From: Balamuthia mandrillaris
Taxonomy: Eukaryota
DNA: 38,700 nucleotides
Direction: 5' to 3'
NCBI GenBank assembly: GCA_031835245.2
Contig: JAVKOQ020000117.1
Span: forward strand, 124,001-162,700
Shown here: positions 12,109 to 24,297 of the stretch, piece by piece
Numbering within the stretch: position 1 is the stretch's first letter
Layout of the letters: each line of letters begins with the position of its first letter
Made by a program: the position numbers and the translations under genes
The notes under the pieces: generated by a model
The model's database searches: none
Seen by the model: only the letters and a program-made list of their open reading frames with translations
What the model was told of the DNA's origin: nothing

Positions 12109-13541
12109 CAATGATGATATCCCAGAAATGGAGACGATCAAACTCTTCCAATACTCCATGACAAGACGGATTTGCCACACAGTGGGCAATCAATCTACCG
12201 CAGAAGCCAAGCACACGAATTCTTGTCAAACCAAAAGGTTTTTCACTTGTTTTCTTCGTTGTCAATGTAGATGTTTTGTTTGTAGCAGTTGTTGTCATTT
12301 TCTTTTTTGGAGAATCAGATTGGTCTATAATGGCGACGGTGGAAGCACGAACAGTAGTTGCGCTTTTGCTCTGCGGAAGTTGTTCTGCTTTCTTCCCCTT
12401 TGTCTTCTTCTCCTTCTTTTCTTTGGCTTTCTTTTCTTTTTTGTCTTTTGCAGCAGCGCCTTTTTTCTCCTTCTTATCCTTCCTCTCTTTCTTCTCTTTT
12501 CTTACTTTCTTCTTTCCCTTTTTCGGCGTTTCTTTTTTCACTTTCTCATTTGCTTGCTCTTTTTCCTGTTCTCCTTGTTGTTCTCCTTCTTCGTTTGGTG
12601 ATGCAGCATCACCTCCTAAAAGCTCACGAGCTCTTAGAAGTTTTTGTCGCATGTCGTCTTTTGACAGAGAAGCTGAACGTGGAACCAGGTCTGAAAAAGA
12701 TGTGGTGAGGGAGGCTGTGCCAGAAGACGATGGCGATGATGATGAGCTTAATCTGTTTACAAGTAAGTTGAGATTTGACTCGATGAGGCGGATAAGGGGA
12801 GTGTAGGCGTTGATCTTTTGGCCCTTCTTTTCTTCGTGTTTCAATGCGATGGCTTCGTATTTGAGCAGTTCGAGTATGACGAGAATACCGATAGAGAAGG
12901 TCGCTTCATCCTTTTTTTTTTTTTTTGAGTTAATACGCTTAGAAACGTCGTGGAGAAAAGGAGGTATGGAAGAGGAATGTACAGTAAGAGCTAAAATTGA
13001 TGGAACAAGTTTTTCGAGGGTGGAATCGTCTGTCAATCGAGTGAAAACGGCAGGTAAATCCAGTCCTCGTTGTAGATCTCTGGTGGCCAACGTGATGAGT
13101 TCTTGCAACGTTTGCGACGCATTGATTGATCCCTGATATCACCCAAAAACAAGATAACGTCAATCAATAAACGAAAGAAGAAAGAAGCACAGCGTTTCCA
13201 AACGTACTTCTGGAGAGGACTCTGGGTCGATGAGATATTCGATAAGGGCTTCGGTAAAACCACCTTCATTCAGCCATTCGTTGAACTGCTTGCAAGCCGC
13301 AACTAGAGACTCAGAAGGAACAGTGTTCTTGGCAGTTTTCTTGGAAGGTACTGGAGAGAGAAGCCATACTACGGAGAGCAGCAAGTCAGCCAACGCTGGT
13401 TGATGCAAATTCTTCTTGACGGTACGAACAAAATTCTTTGAGTTCAACTCTTCCACCAAATAATTTATCGACTGGTTGTTACAAGTGAAAAGAATGTAAG
13501 TTAAAGAGAGAGAGAATGAGAGAATGAGAGAATGAGAGAAT

Positions 13542-13582
<41 letters not shown>

Positions 13583-14617
13583 CAAATTAACAGAAACAAT
13601 GAAGAATGATACCCTTTCTGCACTTTGCAACAGATAAACCTGAGCGATGGCAGAAAATTGAGCGGTGAGAAGGAACTCTGATTCGTCATCGCTGTCATCG
13701 CTGTCTTCATCATCGTCATCATCAGCAAACTCAAACAGGGCGTCCATTATACGCTCAAAATTGTCCTCAGAGAAGATCTTTCCTTGGGTGCCTTCCAGAG
13801 CCAACAATTCACAGCTCAAGTTGATGTATCTTTTTTTTGTTAACAAAAAAACAGAAGGCGTCTTGTGTTACAAAAGGAACTTTTGAAAAAATAGAACAAT
13901 AAAGTAATGTATCAAAACAAACGGAAGTGAAACGTACTTGCTTAATTGCTCAACGTTTTCGAGTTGCTCGGGCGTTGTGGCTTGCTGGCGCATTGCTGCC
14001 TCATTGAACGTTTTTCCGTTGTTGGTGGCATATCGAAGAAGAGCCTTCATGGTGTCTTCACGATTCAAGCTTCGAAAAAGGGGTCAGGCGAAGAGAAGAG
14101 AGACGCACAACAGCAGAAAGGGGAGACAGAGAGAGTGAAAAGCAGAGAAGAGAGAAGTAGGCGAGGCAGTGAGGCAGTGAGGCAGCGAGACGAAGAACGC
14201 GAGGAAAGACAACGAGAAGGAAAGAGCACAAGAGAAAGAGAAAGAGAGAAAGCGGAGAGAGAAGAGCTTACAAGGCCAACAGCTTGGGGTTACCGGTTTT
14301 AGCTTCCCAGAGCACATCTTCCGTCTCAGCCTGAAAAATGACCTCCAGGGAGAGGGGCAGGCCTTGCTGCTCCGCCAACTGAAATATTTTTTGGACCTGA
14401 GACTCTGCTTTGACAGAGCAAAGAGTTTGAGCAGTGAGCAAAGCCAACAGCGAGAAAACGAATGACAAGAAATGCGAAAAAGGGAAGAAAGAAGAAAAGC
14501 ACCTTGCGTAAGTTTAGAGAGCTGCCGACCGCCCAAACGGAGGCCGCTGGGAGTGGTCGCGGCCGCCTTAGGTATGGCCTCGCTGGCCAGCTGCGAGTTT
14601 GTTTCCTCGCCGCTCAT
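9777..14617 (-). CDS. SAPS-domain protein (SIT4/PP6 phosphatase regulatory subunit family) with a long Gly/Arg/Pro-rich tail
   Basis: Multi-exon gene. Family-like motifs: LEVIFQAETEDVLWEAKTGNPKLL, LSCELL, ALADLLL, EWLNEGGFTEALI, KPFGLTRIRVL, LFFSFTWNNFAHNVIEKVL, RRGYMGALTELS, WTKYAQTSL. ATG at 14617; final exon ~11456-9777. Confidence 0.85.
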
Positions 14618-15196
14618 CTCCACTTATTTCTTTTTCTTTCTTGCGTCCACTGCAAAGGGTAACTTTTCGTGCAACCTAACCACCCGCTAACTAGTTACGC
14701 AAAGAAAAAGAGGGCTATACGGTTTGGACCAAACCTTGGGTTGCTTTTGCTTTTCTTTTCTTTTTTGTATTTGTTTTTGTGGTTTTCTTTTTTTTCCTTC
14801 TTCTCTTTTTTTGAACGGCAAATTGGGATAAACTTATTGCCGTTCGGCCATTGGTCCCCGCCATCATGGGCTCACGTCAGCACAATTCTACAGGATGATG
14901 AACACACGTCATACACGCAATTTTTCCAGGAAGATCACGATCGAAATCTTTCTTCGTGTCGACGTGAATATTGAGCAGATGTTCGAGGGTTGGTGGCTTG
15001 AAATTTCGGTGCTCGAGGGTTCATTCCACGCGTGAGGAATAAAAAAGAAAAGAAAGAAACGAAAAAAACACGTCTTCGTCTTCTTCTTCTGCTTTGTTTT
15101 TCTTTCGTCCCAAACCTTCCTTGTCTGCTCTCCTAGCTCCTTCTCCGCTCGTTACACTGCTGCTGTTTACCAAACACAAACACACACACACACATC

Positions 15197-16437
15197 ATGA
15201 TGAACGCTTCCAACAACGGTTTGCATGAGCTTTATTCTCTTTTTCCGCTATTTTTTTTTTTTTTGTATTGAAGCGTAAGGGGATCTGCTCTAACCGCTCT
15301 TTGTTTGTTTTTTTTTTGTTCCTCGGTGGTGGTCTCAAAGCTTGCAGACGACTGTCCATCCTTTCGAGCCACGTTCTGTCTGGCCATGACGCCTACACTC
15401 GCGGCTGTGCCCTGGAACCCCGTCCCACCGCCTCTTCCAGCCAGCCCAGGGTGGCCTTCATCGGCGGCGGACAGATGGCCACCGCCCTGGCCTGCGGCCT
15501 CATCGCCTCCTCCTTCACCACCCCGCAGAACATCATCGCCAGCGACCTCCACGAGTTCTCTCGCAAGAAGTTCGTGGAGGCCACCAAGGCCAACGCCACC
15601 CCCTCCAACCTGGAGGCCGTGAAGAACGCGGACATCATCATCCTCGCCGTCAAACCCCAGGTGCTGCACGTTGTGTTCAAGGAGCTGCGGCCTCACCTCA
15701 CCACCAACTCTCTCGTCATTTCCATCGCGGCTGGCTTCGACCTGGCCGCCTTGTTGCAAGGCCTGGGGGAGCACCTCCGGGTGGTTCGGGTGATGCCCAA
15801 CACCCCCGCTCTGGTGGGCAAGGGCGCCTCTGCCTTCTCCCTCGGCGGCAAGGCCACCAAAGAGGACGCCGAGACCGTGCGGCGGTTGCTGTCCGGCGTT
15901 GGTCTCGCTTTTGAGGTCCCTGAAAAGCTTCTCGATGGAGGTATGTTTTTTTTGTTGTTGTTGTGCCAACACACTCTTCTCGTTCTTCTATGTTCTCACT
16001 CACTCTCTCTCTCTCTCTCTCTACTTGTTTCTCTCCATCTATTTCTTTAAACTTTGCTCTTCTGGCTCTTCACTCCCTCCTTGCTTTCCTTCTTACCGCA
16101 ACTCACAAAAACAAACACACCAAACAAAGTAACGGGTCTGTCGGGCAGCGGGCCAGCCTATGTCTACCAATTCATCGAAGCGATGAGCGACGGCGGGGTG
16201 AGAATGGGCGTGCCTCGCGAGGTGGCCACCCAGCTGGCCGCCCAGACGGTGCTGGGCGCTGCTCAGATGGTGTTGGAGACGGGAGAGCACCCCGGACAGC
16301 TGAAGGACAAGGTGACCAGCCCTGGGGGCACCACCATCGCCGGCATACACGCCTTGGAGCGGGGCGGCCTGCGGGCCACCGTCATGAACGCCGTGGAGGC
16401 CGCTGCCTTGAAAGCACGTGAGCTTGGCGGAAAGTAA
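15197..16437 (+). CDS. PYCR: Pyrroline-5-carboxylate reductase
   Basis: Exons 15197-15218, 15341-15940 and ~16130-16437 join in phase. Motifs: [57 protein letters not shown]. Confidence 0.96.
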
Positions 16438-16802
16438 AAAAAGAAGAACACAGGAGAGAGAAAAAAAAAACACGATCTTTGCTAATTATTGTGAATTTTT
16501 CTCTATTTTTGGATAAAAATTAGGTAGCTGTTGAAAAGTTTGAATAATAGAGAATAGAAAATAACTTATTTCTAATTTTTTGGTGAATTTTTCCATTTTA
16601 AGGGAAACTATTTAATCATCAGTCGATAAATTTGAAAAAGAGAGAACGAAGGAAGAAAAGAAGGAAAAAAGAAGAGCCTTCACAGAAACGCAGCCAAGCG
16701 GTCACCCTGAAGAAGGCAAAACCAGAACTACCTTTTTTTTGAAGAAGACAAGTGCTGGTTTGTTTGTATTCTGTTGATTGTTGGGCGAACTACAAGACGA
16801 GG

Positions 16803-18235
16803 ATGGAAGAATTCCCAGAGGAAGTGTTGCTGCATATCTTTGGCTACTTGGACACTGCGGGCCTTGCCCGGGTCAGTTGCGTGTGCAGGCGCTTCTACCC
16901 CATTTCCTACGACCTCCACCTATGGGTCAAATTAGGTTTTTTTAAGCTGAACACGCGTTTTCAAAACCGTCTTCAACCTCCTTTAGAACATGATCCACCC
17001 GCCACTCACTACCCATCTTTTGTTTTGTCTATCCAAAGATTACAATGCAGCCCTCCGAAAGTCGAGGATCCTCTTCAACAAGAAGCTGATCCCTAGGGAG
17101 GAGTACGAGCGCCGCAAGCTCTTCCTCAAGCAACAGGAAGAGGAGCCGGTGGTCGTCATCAAGCAGCAGCCAAGCTTCTCGTGGAACAGCAAACGAGAGA
17201 GGAGAGCGGCTGCTGAGGAGGCGGAGGCGTTGGGGGCGGAACCCCTCATCCCGATGTGGTGCCTTCGTGAGAAGCGCAAACCAGGGCAGAGGGGAATGCT
17301 GAAGCCCTGGAGAGCTTATCCCAACGATAAGAACGAGATGATAGAAAGAGCTTTCCAGCAGGGCAAAGCCCAGTGCGTCATTGCTGTAAGTAACTTCATT
17401 CTCTCTCTTATGTTGTATTTGAGGACTTCTTCTTGTTCTTGTTCTTCTTCTTGTTCTTGTTCTTCTTCTTCTTCTTCTTCTTCTTCTTCTTCTTCTTCTT
17501 TTCTTGCTTCTTGCTTCTTGCTTCTTGCTTCTTGCTTCTTGCTTCTTGCTTCTTGCTTCTTGCTTCTTGCTTCTTGCTTCTTGCTTCTTGCTTCTCACTG
17601 CCTCTGTTCTCTTTTTTATTGAAGTCAAAAGGAAAGAAGCTACAAAGGGTTGTAATTCTACAAAAACGACAAGAAGCCTCCAAGTATGACGTTATACGGT
17701 ACTTCTTCTTGTTCTTGCCCTTCTTCTTTCTTCTTTCTTCTTTCTTCTTTCTTCTTTCTTCTTTCTTCTTTCTTCTCCTTCTTCTCTTTTTCGCCGCTAT
17801 TTTTTTTTTCTGATGAACCGAAAAAACAGAGGGACGTGGTTCTTTCGGCCATCCACCTCCACAAAACACGATCACTGGCAACCATTCGCTGAGGAGGAGT
17901 CAGCTCTCCTTGAATCCCATTATCTGCGGTGGCTCGCCAGCCAAAAGCAAAACAATACAAACAACAAAGGAGAGGAAAGCGATGCTGGTGAAGACGAACG
18001 GGAAAGCCACGACAAAGAAAGCCTCTCTCCCATCTGCACTCTCCCTTCTTCAGCATCGGTCGATGTTGAGAAAATGCAATACACGACGGCATCCTCAAAC
18101 ACTGGATGGTCGTCCACCTTGAATTGCGTGGTCAGTCGAGGATACCCAACACCGCCGCTAACGCGAAAGCAGCGAGCACTATTGGAACAAGAGCAAGACC
18201 AACAAGAAGAAGAAGAAGAAGAGGAAGAAAAATAA
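16803..18235 (+). CDS. F-box protein with two WWE-like domains
   Basis: N-terminal F-box FPEEVLLHIFGYLDTAGLARVSCVCRRFYPISYDLHLW. WWE-like segments W..(PWRAYPNDKNEMIERAFQQG) and RGTWFF..(HWQPFAEEESALLESHY)..VDVEKMQY..VVSRG. Several microsatellite introns. Confidence 0.78.
17425..17595. repeat. (TTC)n plus (CTTGCTT)n intronic microsatellites
   Basis: Visible arrays after the donor near 17386. Confidence 0.9.
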
Positions 18236-18407
18236 GGACAAGAACAAACGAAGAAGAACAAGAACAAGAACAAGAACGTGAAGAAGAAAATTAGAACACA
18301 TTAAATTCATGTCGTCCTGAATCGTACAATGGTGTTTTTGATTTCCTATTGGGTGGGTAAAGCTAATGTTTTTCGCACAAGAAAAGAAAAAAAGAAAAAG
18401 AAAAAGA

Positions 18408-19769
18408 ATGACACACACAAACAACATGGAGGCAAGCAGGAACGGGGAGCAGCTGCTGAGGCAACGACAGATCCCGGTGTTGCTCACGTTGGTGCGACAC
18501 GGAGAGACGGATGAGAACAAGAGGATGGTGCTGCAGGGTTCGTTGGAGACCAATCTGAACGAGAGCGGAAGGCAGCAGGCGCGCAACGTCGGGCGGCGGC
18601 TTCGGAGGGAGATAGAGGCCGGAGTTGTCCCTCCGTTTTCCCTCATCTTTGCTTCTGACAACCCACGGTTCGTTCTTTTCGTTCTCTTCTTCTCTTCTTC
18701 TGCGCCTTACTTATGAAAAACATCAAACAAAAAAAAAAAAAGGGCAATGCAAACAACGACGCTGATAAAAGAAGAGTTAGGCAGCAGCATCCCTTCCGAG
18801 ACCAAAGTGCTGGTCTCTGCCCTTCTTCGAGAGCGTCGCTTGGGTTGCTTCGAAGGACAAAGCATTCCAGCCGTCAAGCAAGAGTTCGGTTCTCTCTGGT
18901 CCTCGCTGCCCGAGCCTCGAATGCTTCATCTTTGGGACCATCTCCACGATGACTATTACTCCGCCTCTTCGCCCGAGAAGGCCAAAGGGGATGTGGAGAG
19001 CAAGAAAGAGTTTTGGGAGAGGACGGAGAACGTGCTAAAGCGGATATTTAGCTCCATCGCTCGGACGCAACAAGAAGTGGAGGGCAGTGGTCGTGACGTT
19101 CCTTCTCCGGTCTCCGTGCTCGTTGTTTCTCATGGTTTGATTCTCTTTCATCTTCTTGTTCATGTTGTTGATGATTATCTTCTTCCTTTTCTTCTTCTTC
19201 TTCTTCTTCTTCTTCTTGTTCTTGTTCTTGTTCTTCTTGTTCTTCTTGTTCTTCTTGTTCTTCTTCTTCTTGTTCTTCTTCTTCTTCTTGTTCTTCTTCT
19301 TCTTGTTCTTCTTCTTGTTCTTCTTGTTCTTCTTCTCCTCCTTGTTCTTCTTGTTCTTCTTCTTCCTCTTGTTCTTGTTCTTGTTCTTCTTCTTCTTCCT
19401 CTTCTTCTTTTTCTTCTTTCTCTTCTCCTTCATCTTCTTTCTGACCGCACCAACGAAAACAAAAAAACAGGAATGACGATAAGAGGTTTGCTAACCCACC
19501 TGATGAGATCGTTTCCAACACCGTTCGTGGAGACAAGGGACATCGCTTCGAGGACATGGTTTCCTTGCGAGTGCCGCAACACGTCCATCGCTCGGCTTCG
19601 TCTCGAACTCTCTCCCTCCTCTTCTTCGCATCCCAACAAAGAAGAGAACCGCAGCACCGACCGCAAAGAGAAGAAGGCGGCCGAGGAGGATGAAGCAGAA
19701 GGTTTGGTGTGGAGGAATCCCTATCTTTTGTTGTTAAACGATAACGCACACAACGAAAAGCACACATAA
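18408..19769 (+). CDS. Histidine phosphatase / phosphoglycerate-mutase family protein (TIGAR/GpmB-like)
   Basis: LVRHGETDEN..LQG..LNESGRQQA, IFASDNPR|AMQT, LRERRLGCFEG, ESKKEFWER, VLVVSHG|MTIR, NTSI, LLNDNAH. Two introns. Start is ATG 18408 or 18426. Confidence 0.9.
19170..19435. repeat. (TTC/TTG)n intronic microsatellite; the intron is open in frame and gives a spurious poly-Leu/Val
   Basis: Array between the donor near 19134 and the acceptor CAG at ~19470. Confidence 0.9.
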
Positions 19770-19818
19770 AAGAACTACTCTCCTGACTTGTCTTTCTTGC
19801 ATCTCTCTCACTCTCCTC

Positions 19819-19858
<40 letters not shown>

Positions 19859-19913
19859 ATTTTAACCTTTTGAATAAAAATTCTTTTCTTCGAAGAAAGA
19901 GAGAGAGAAAGGA

Positions 19914-21598
19914 ATGGAGGAGCAAGCCAAAGGAATGGCAGCGCCGAGCCAGAAGAGCAAGTCCTGGTATGCTGACTACCTTTCGGGAGGTCTCGCCACC
20001 GTTGGTGCCTGCTTCTTTTCCAATCCTCTCGGTTCGTTTCTTTTTCCACCTTTTTTTGTTTTGCTCTGTCGATTCGAGAGAGAAGATCATGAATTTGTTT
20101 TTCTTTGTAGAAGTGGTAAAGACGAGGTTGCAGCTGCAAGGAGAACTCACCGAAGCCAAAGCCGCCGCCAAGCGGCCCTACCGAAACGTGTTTCAGGGCT
20201 TATGGCTGATCGCCAGAACGGAAGGCCTCCTCGCCATCCAGAAAGGCCTGGTCCCGGCGTCCGTCTACCAGTTCGTCATGAACGGCACCCGCATCGGCAC
20301 GTACACTCTCCTGCAGAGCCTGTTCGAAGCGGTCGCCAGCAAAAGCAGCCGCCCGGGCTATGAGGACTCGAGCCCTCGGCAGTGGTTCGTTTTTGTGAGC
20401 AACATGACGGCGGGAGCGTTTGCTGGGGTGGCTGGGGCCGTTGTGGCCAGCCCTTTCTTCTTGGTGAAGATCAGGATGCAGGCCTCCACTGCCGCTAACG
20501 CCACCGCCAATGCGGTCGGCCAACAGTATAATTACACTGGCCTTTGCAAGTACTGTCCTCTCTCTCTCTCTCTCTCTCTCGTCTCAGCTTCTGTCGTCCT
20601 CTTTGTCTCTTGTCAATTCTCTTTTAACGTTGTTTTGGCCATAAAAACAGCGCGTTAGTGCGGATATGGCGGGAAGGTGGGTGGAGGGGACTGTGGCAAG
20701 GTGTGGAGGCAGCAGCGCTTCGAGTGGCAGTAGGTTCAGCCGTACAACTGGCTACTTATGATCAGTGCAAGCAACGTATAGTGGAGTCTGGGGTACATCT
20801 CTTTCTTCTCCATCTTATATTCGTTTTTTTCTTCTTCTTCGTCCCCTTCTCCTTCTCCTTCTCCTTCTCCTTCTCCTTCTCCTTCTCCTTCTCCTTCTCC
20901 TTCTCCTCCTTCTGCTTCTGCTTCTGCTTCTCCTTCTGCTTCTCCTTCTCCTCCTTCTCCTTCTCCTTCTCCTTCTCCTCCTTCTCCTTCTCCTTCTCCT
21001 TCTCCTTCTCCTCCTCCTCCTTCTCCTTCTCCTTCTCCTTCTCCTTCTCCTTCTCCTTCTCCTTCTCCTTCTCCTTCTCCTTCTCCTTCTCCTTCTCCTT
21101 CTCCTTCTCCTTCTCCTTCTCCTTCTCCTTCTCCTTCTCCTCCTTCTCTTTCTCCTTGTTCGTGAGTTGTTTGTTCCTTCATTGTGTTCTATTTGTTCAT
21201 TCTTTGTGATTTCTTTAAACCATTGTAAAGTAGTTATTGCGAAATGGAGTTCCTGCTCACTTTGCAGCCAGCTTTATCTCTGGCTTTGCTGTATGCACAT
21301 TCATGAATCCATTTGACGTTGTGTCAACGCGAATGTACAACCAACGGGGAGCGAGCAAGCAACACCCACAACAGCAACTCTATCGCAACCCGTTCGACTG
21401 CTTCGTCAAAACGTTACGGAGCGAAGGTATTAGAGGATTGTACAAAGGATGGACAGCGCACTATCTGCGGGTTGGTCCGCATACTGTTCTTACTTTTGTG
21501 TTTTTGTACGTTTCTCTTCATCACCATCGTTTTTGGGAGCAAGCTTCTTGTGCTAATTTCTTTTCTTCAGAGAGCAACTTCGAAAGGTGATAGAGTGA
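19914..21598 (+). CDS. Mitochondrial carrier (SLC25) protein, most like the OAC1/SLC25A34-35 oxaloacetate-carrier group
   Basis: Three carrier motifs NPL|EVVKTRLQLQGE, SPFFLVKIRMQ, NPFDVVSTRMYNQ, plus YQFVMNGTRIGTY, RVAVGSAVQLATYD, GLYKGWTAHYLRVGPHTVLTFVFL|EQLRK. Confidence 0.93.
20845..21155. repeat. ~300-bp (TTCTCC)n polypyrimidine array in an intron
   Basis: Directly visible inside an intron of the carrier gene. Confidence 0.95.
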
Positions 21599-21763
21599 AG
21601 GGAGTAAAGTGCAAACGCTTCAAGGTTAACCACGAAAGTGAAAAAGACAAGTTTCTTGTTTAGAAGGAAAAATTAAAACATCGGTTGAAAAAAAGTGGTG
21701 ATGGCAAAGGTCAGTATTTGATACAATAGTAAATAGTTATTTCATCCTTCAGGTTATTATTAT

Positions 21764-23832
21764 TTAGGCAGCAGCACCAGCCGCCTGTTGGGCCTTCCAG
21801 CGCTTGAACAGCATGACAGAGCCCCAAGAGAAGAGACCCGCGATCAGAAGCAACAGCACCACTCCTCCCACGATCGAGCCGACCAAAGCGTAGATAAGAG
21901 TATCAGAACTGGTCTCGCCGGAAGCATATTCTGAAAACGAGAAAGGAGAGATAAGTCATGATGATGAAATAGAAGAGAGGGTTTGAAGATAATACCTTCT
22001 TCGGCTTCCACCCTGGTGATGCAAGACTCGTCGTTGTTGACGCGGACGGAACAGTCGCTGCCAGCCCAGCAGACATAACAGTCGCAGACAGTAAGACTCA
22101 GACAGTCACCATTGCCAGAGCAACCATTGGGGCATCCTTTTGTTATTATGTCAGCAGACCAGAACAAGCGGATGAGAACGAAAGGGAGAAAGAGATGGGA
22201 GTAGAGAACGTACCAAGACCGTAAGCCCAAAAGTCTTCCATGTACTTGTTGTTACCATTGGGCTCGTGGGCAAGACCGCCAAACACAACGAGAGCTTGAG
22301 ATGAGGGGACGTATGTGGTGGCCATGTGAGCACGGGGCAAAGGCACAACATCGGAGCCAACGCCTCCAACGACTACCCACTTGTTGTACTCTTTTTCGAT
22401 TATGAAGCTTAGTATGAGAAGAAACTGCGAGAGAGAAAGAGAGTAACTTACCGTAAATGTAAGCCCAAAGATCGTTAAGATGGTCCCTGCCAATGCCGTC
22501 GCCACCGAAAATGAACATGATGTTATTGACGACGACCATGCCATGGTAGCATCGAGCCTCAGGGCGGGCGCCAATTGGGAACAGCTGTTGCAAAGTTTGA
22601 TCCGCTGTTTTTTTTTTTTAAAAAATATATATATTATTAAGGCAAATAAGAGAGGGAGAGAGAAACCAAGAGGTAGATACCAATGTCATACTCCCAAAGC
22701 TCATCCAAGAAACCTCCATTAGCATGTCCTCCGTAGTACTGCAAAGAGGAATAACACGAGAGGAAAGAAGAAGTTAGTGATAATCGTCGCTTTGAACATA
22801 ACAGAGAGAATACAAAGACACACCAGAACAACTTCCTTGTATCCGTCGATAACAGTTTGAGTCTCGTTGAGGGTCTCGTTGTAGAACTCGCTGGTCAAGG
22901 AAACGTTAAGGTAGGCAGCGGTGTGGCCGCACCTACCATCAAAGGTCACTCCGGTGGTGTTGGAGTTACCAACGACGCCATCCGCGTTCTTCAAACGGTC
23001 CATGATGTCGATTTCCGTCCAAGTCTGGGTATCGGTGTTGAAGATGTGCATGTCGTTCATGTTGGGATAGTGGGGGTAAGGGGTGCCTCCGCAACCTCCG
23101 AATAGGAGCATTTCGTTATCACTGATCATGGTGACCGGAGCGCTTTCCCTTCCATCAGGAGCGTCGTCTTCATCATAAAAGTCCCAATCGTTCGTCTCTG
23201 TGATTTTGTTTTTTATTTTTAATTTTGGATCTTCCATACAAAAAACTCCCAATAAAAGTAGGCCTACTGAGGAAGAGGACAAGGAGATGAAAAAATAAGA
23301 GCGGAAATAAAAAGACGCACCTGTGTTATAGGCGATAGAGTAACTTCTCCAGCAGGAGCCACAGAAGCTGGTTCCTCCGTAGTACCAAATAGTCTCCTCA
23401 TCGACGGTAGACATTTGGAACCAAATTGGGTCCCAGTTGCGTTGGGGGTCATCGTTATCTAAAATCTTTTCCCAAGTTGGTGTTATAGAGTCGTCACTCA
23501 GATTAGCTGTATTGATTTTTGGGAAAAAATAAAATATAAGTTACAAGGCAGAGAGAGAGAGAGAGAAGCAAAAGCGTACACAGCGCTATTCTCCAAGCAT
23601 AATTCTTCCACTCGGTCACCGGTCGGCCCAAAAGGTAAACATAGTCGCCAACAGTGTTCAAAGTTAAGCCGTAATGCAGATAAGGTTGGGTACCGTCGTT
23701 GGCCAAGTCCTCGTCGGAGTACACCATTTGGGTGGATAACTGCCTCCATTCGCCGGCTTTGAGGGCACCCGATTGGGGCAGCAAAAAAGCAAGGCCACAA
23801 AAGAGGGCCACCAACCACAAACTCCCCTTCAT
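21764..23832 (-). CDS. Single-pass membrane protein: signal peptide, Kelch repeats, EGF-like domain, TM helix, short tail
   Basis: MKGSLWLVALFCGLAFLL signal. Kelch units (MLLFGG, GRCGHTA, YYGGH..DELWEYD, PEARCYHGM..MFIFGG..LNDLWAY, PRAHMA..VVFGG). EGF GCPNGCSGNGDCLSLTVCDCYVCWAGSDCS. TM LIYALVGSIVGGVVLLLLIAGLF. Stop at 21766-21764. Confidence 0.85.
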
Positions 23833-24297
23833 GTCTCTATTGTCTCCTCGTTTCTGTTTCTTTTCTCAACAAAGAAATTGTGTGAGCACACACGAAACAA
23901 AAAGGACTGCGGCAAAGGGGCAACGGATAAACACGATTGACCTTGGCGCAAAGTACCGGGTAATGTGCTCATTTCCGGATTACCTTTTCCGGCTTCCAAA
24001 AGAATTGCCCTTTTTTCATAGGCCAAGAAATTTCGTTTCTGAACCTTCTCGGTCGATGATTGGACAATTCTGAACCCCTGTTTAATTAATTATATCCAAT
24101 CTATCTAAATATGAGGAATAAGGCCCAGGATACAAACAACCTCGCCCGAATCTTGTCCAAACGGAACCATAAAATTTTTTTTGTCTCTCTTTTTCTCCGC
24201 CCTTTTGTTAGTTTGTTAGAAATCAAAAACAAAGAGGGCAACGCGCGTTACCTCTCCGAATAACGCTTTCAGCGGAACGGCTTTACTCTCTACCCCT

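Noticed and set aside
15232..16473. Long antisense ORFs over the P5C reductase gene
   Set aside because: Shadow ORFs caused by GC-rich codon usage on the sense strand; no recognisable motifs.
19134..19470. Apparent 100-aa hydrophobic transmembrane insert in the histidine phosphatase
   Set aside because: It is a GT-AG microsatellite intron that happens to be open in frame; removing it restores VSHG|MTIR.
20736..21316. Poly-Leu, poly-(EG) and poly-(SF) ORFs
   Set aside because: Stop-free translations of the intronic (TTCTCC)n array. The same applies to ORFs over 8069-8420, 17408-17813, 19035-19476 and 2503-2818.
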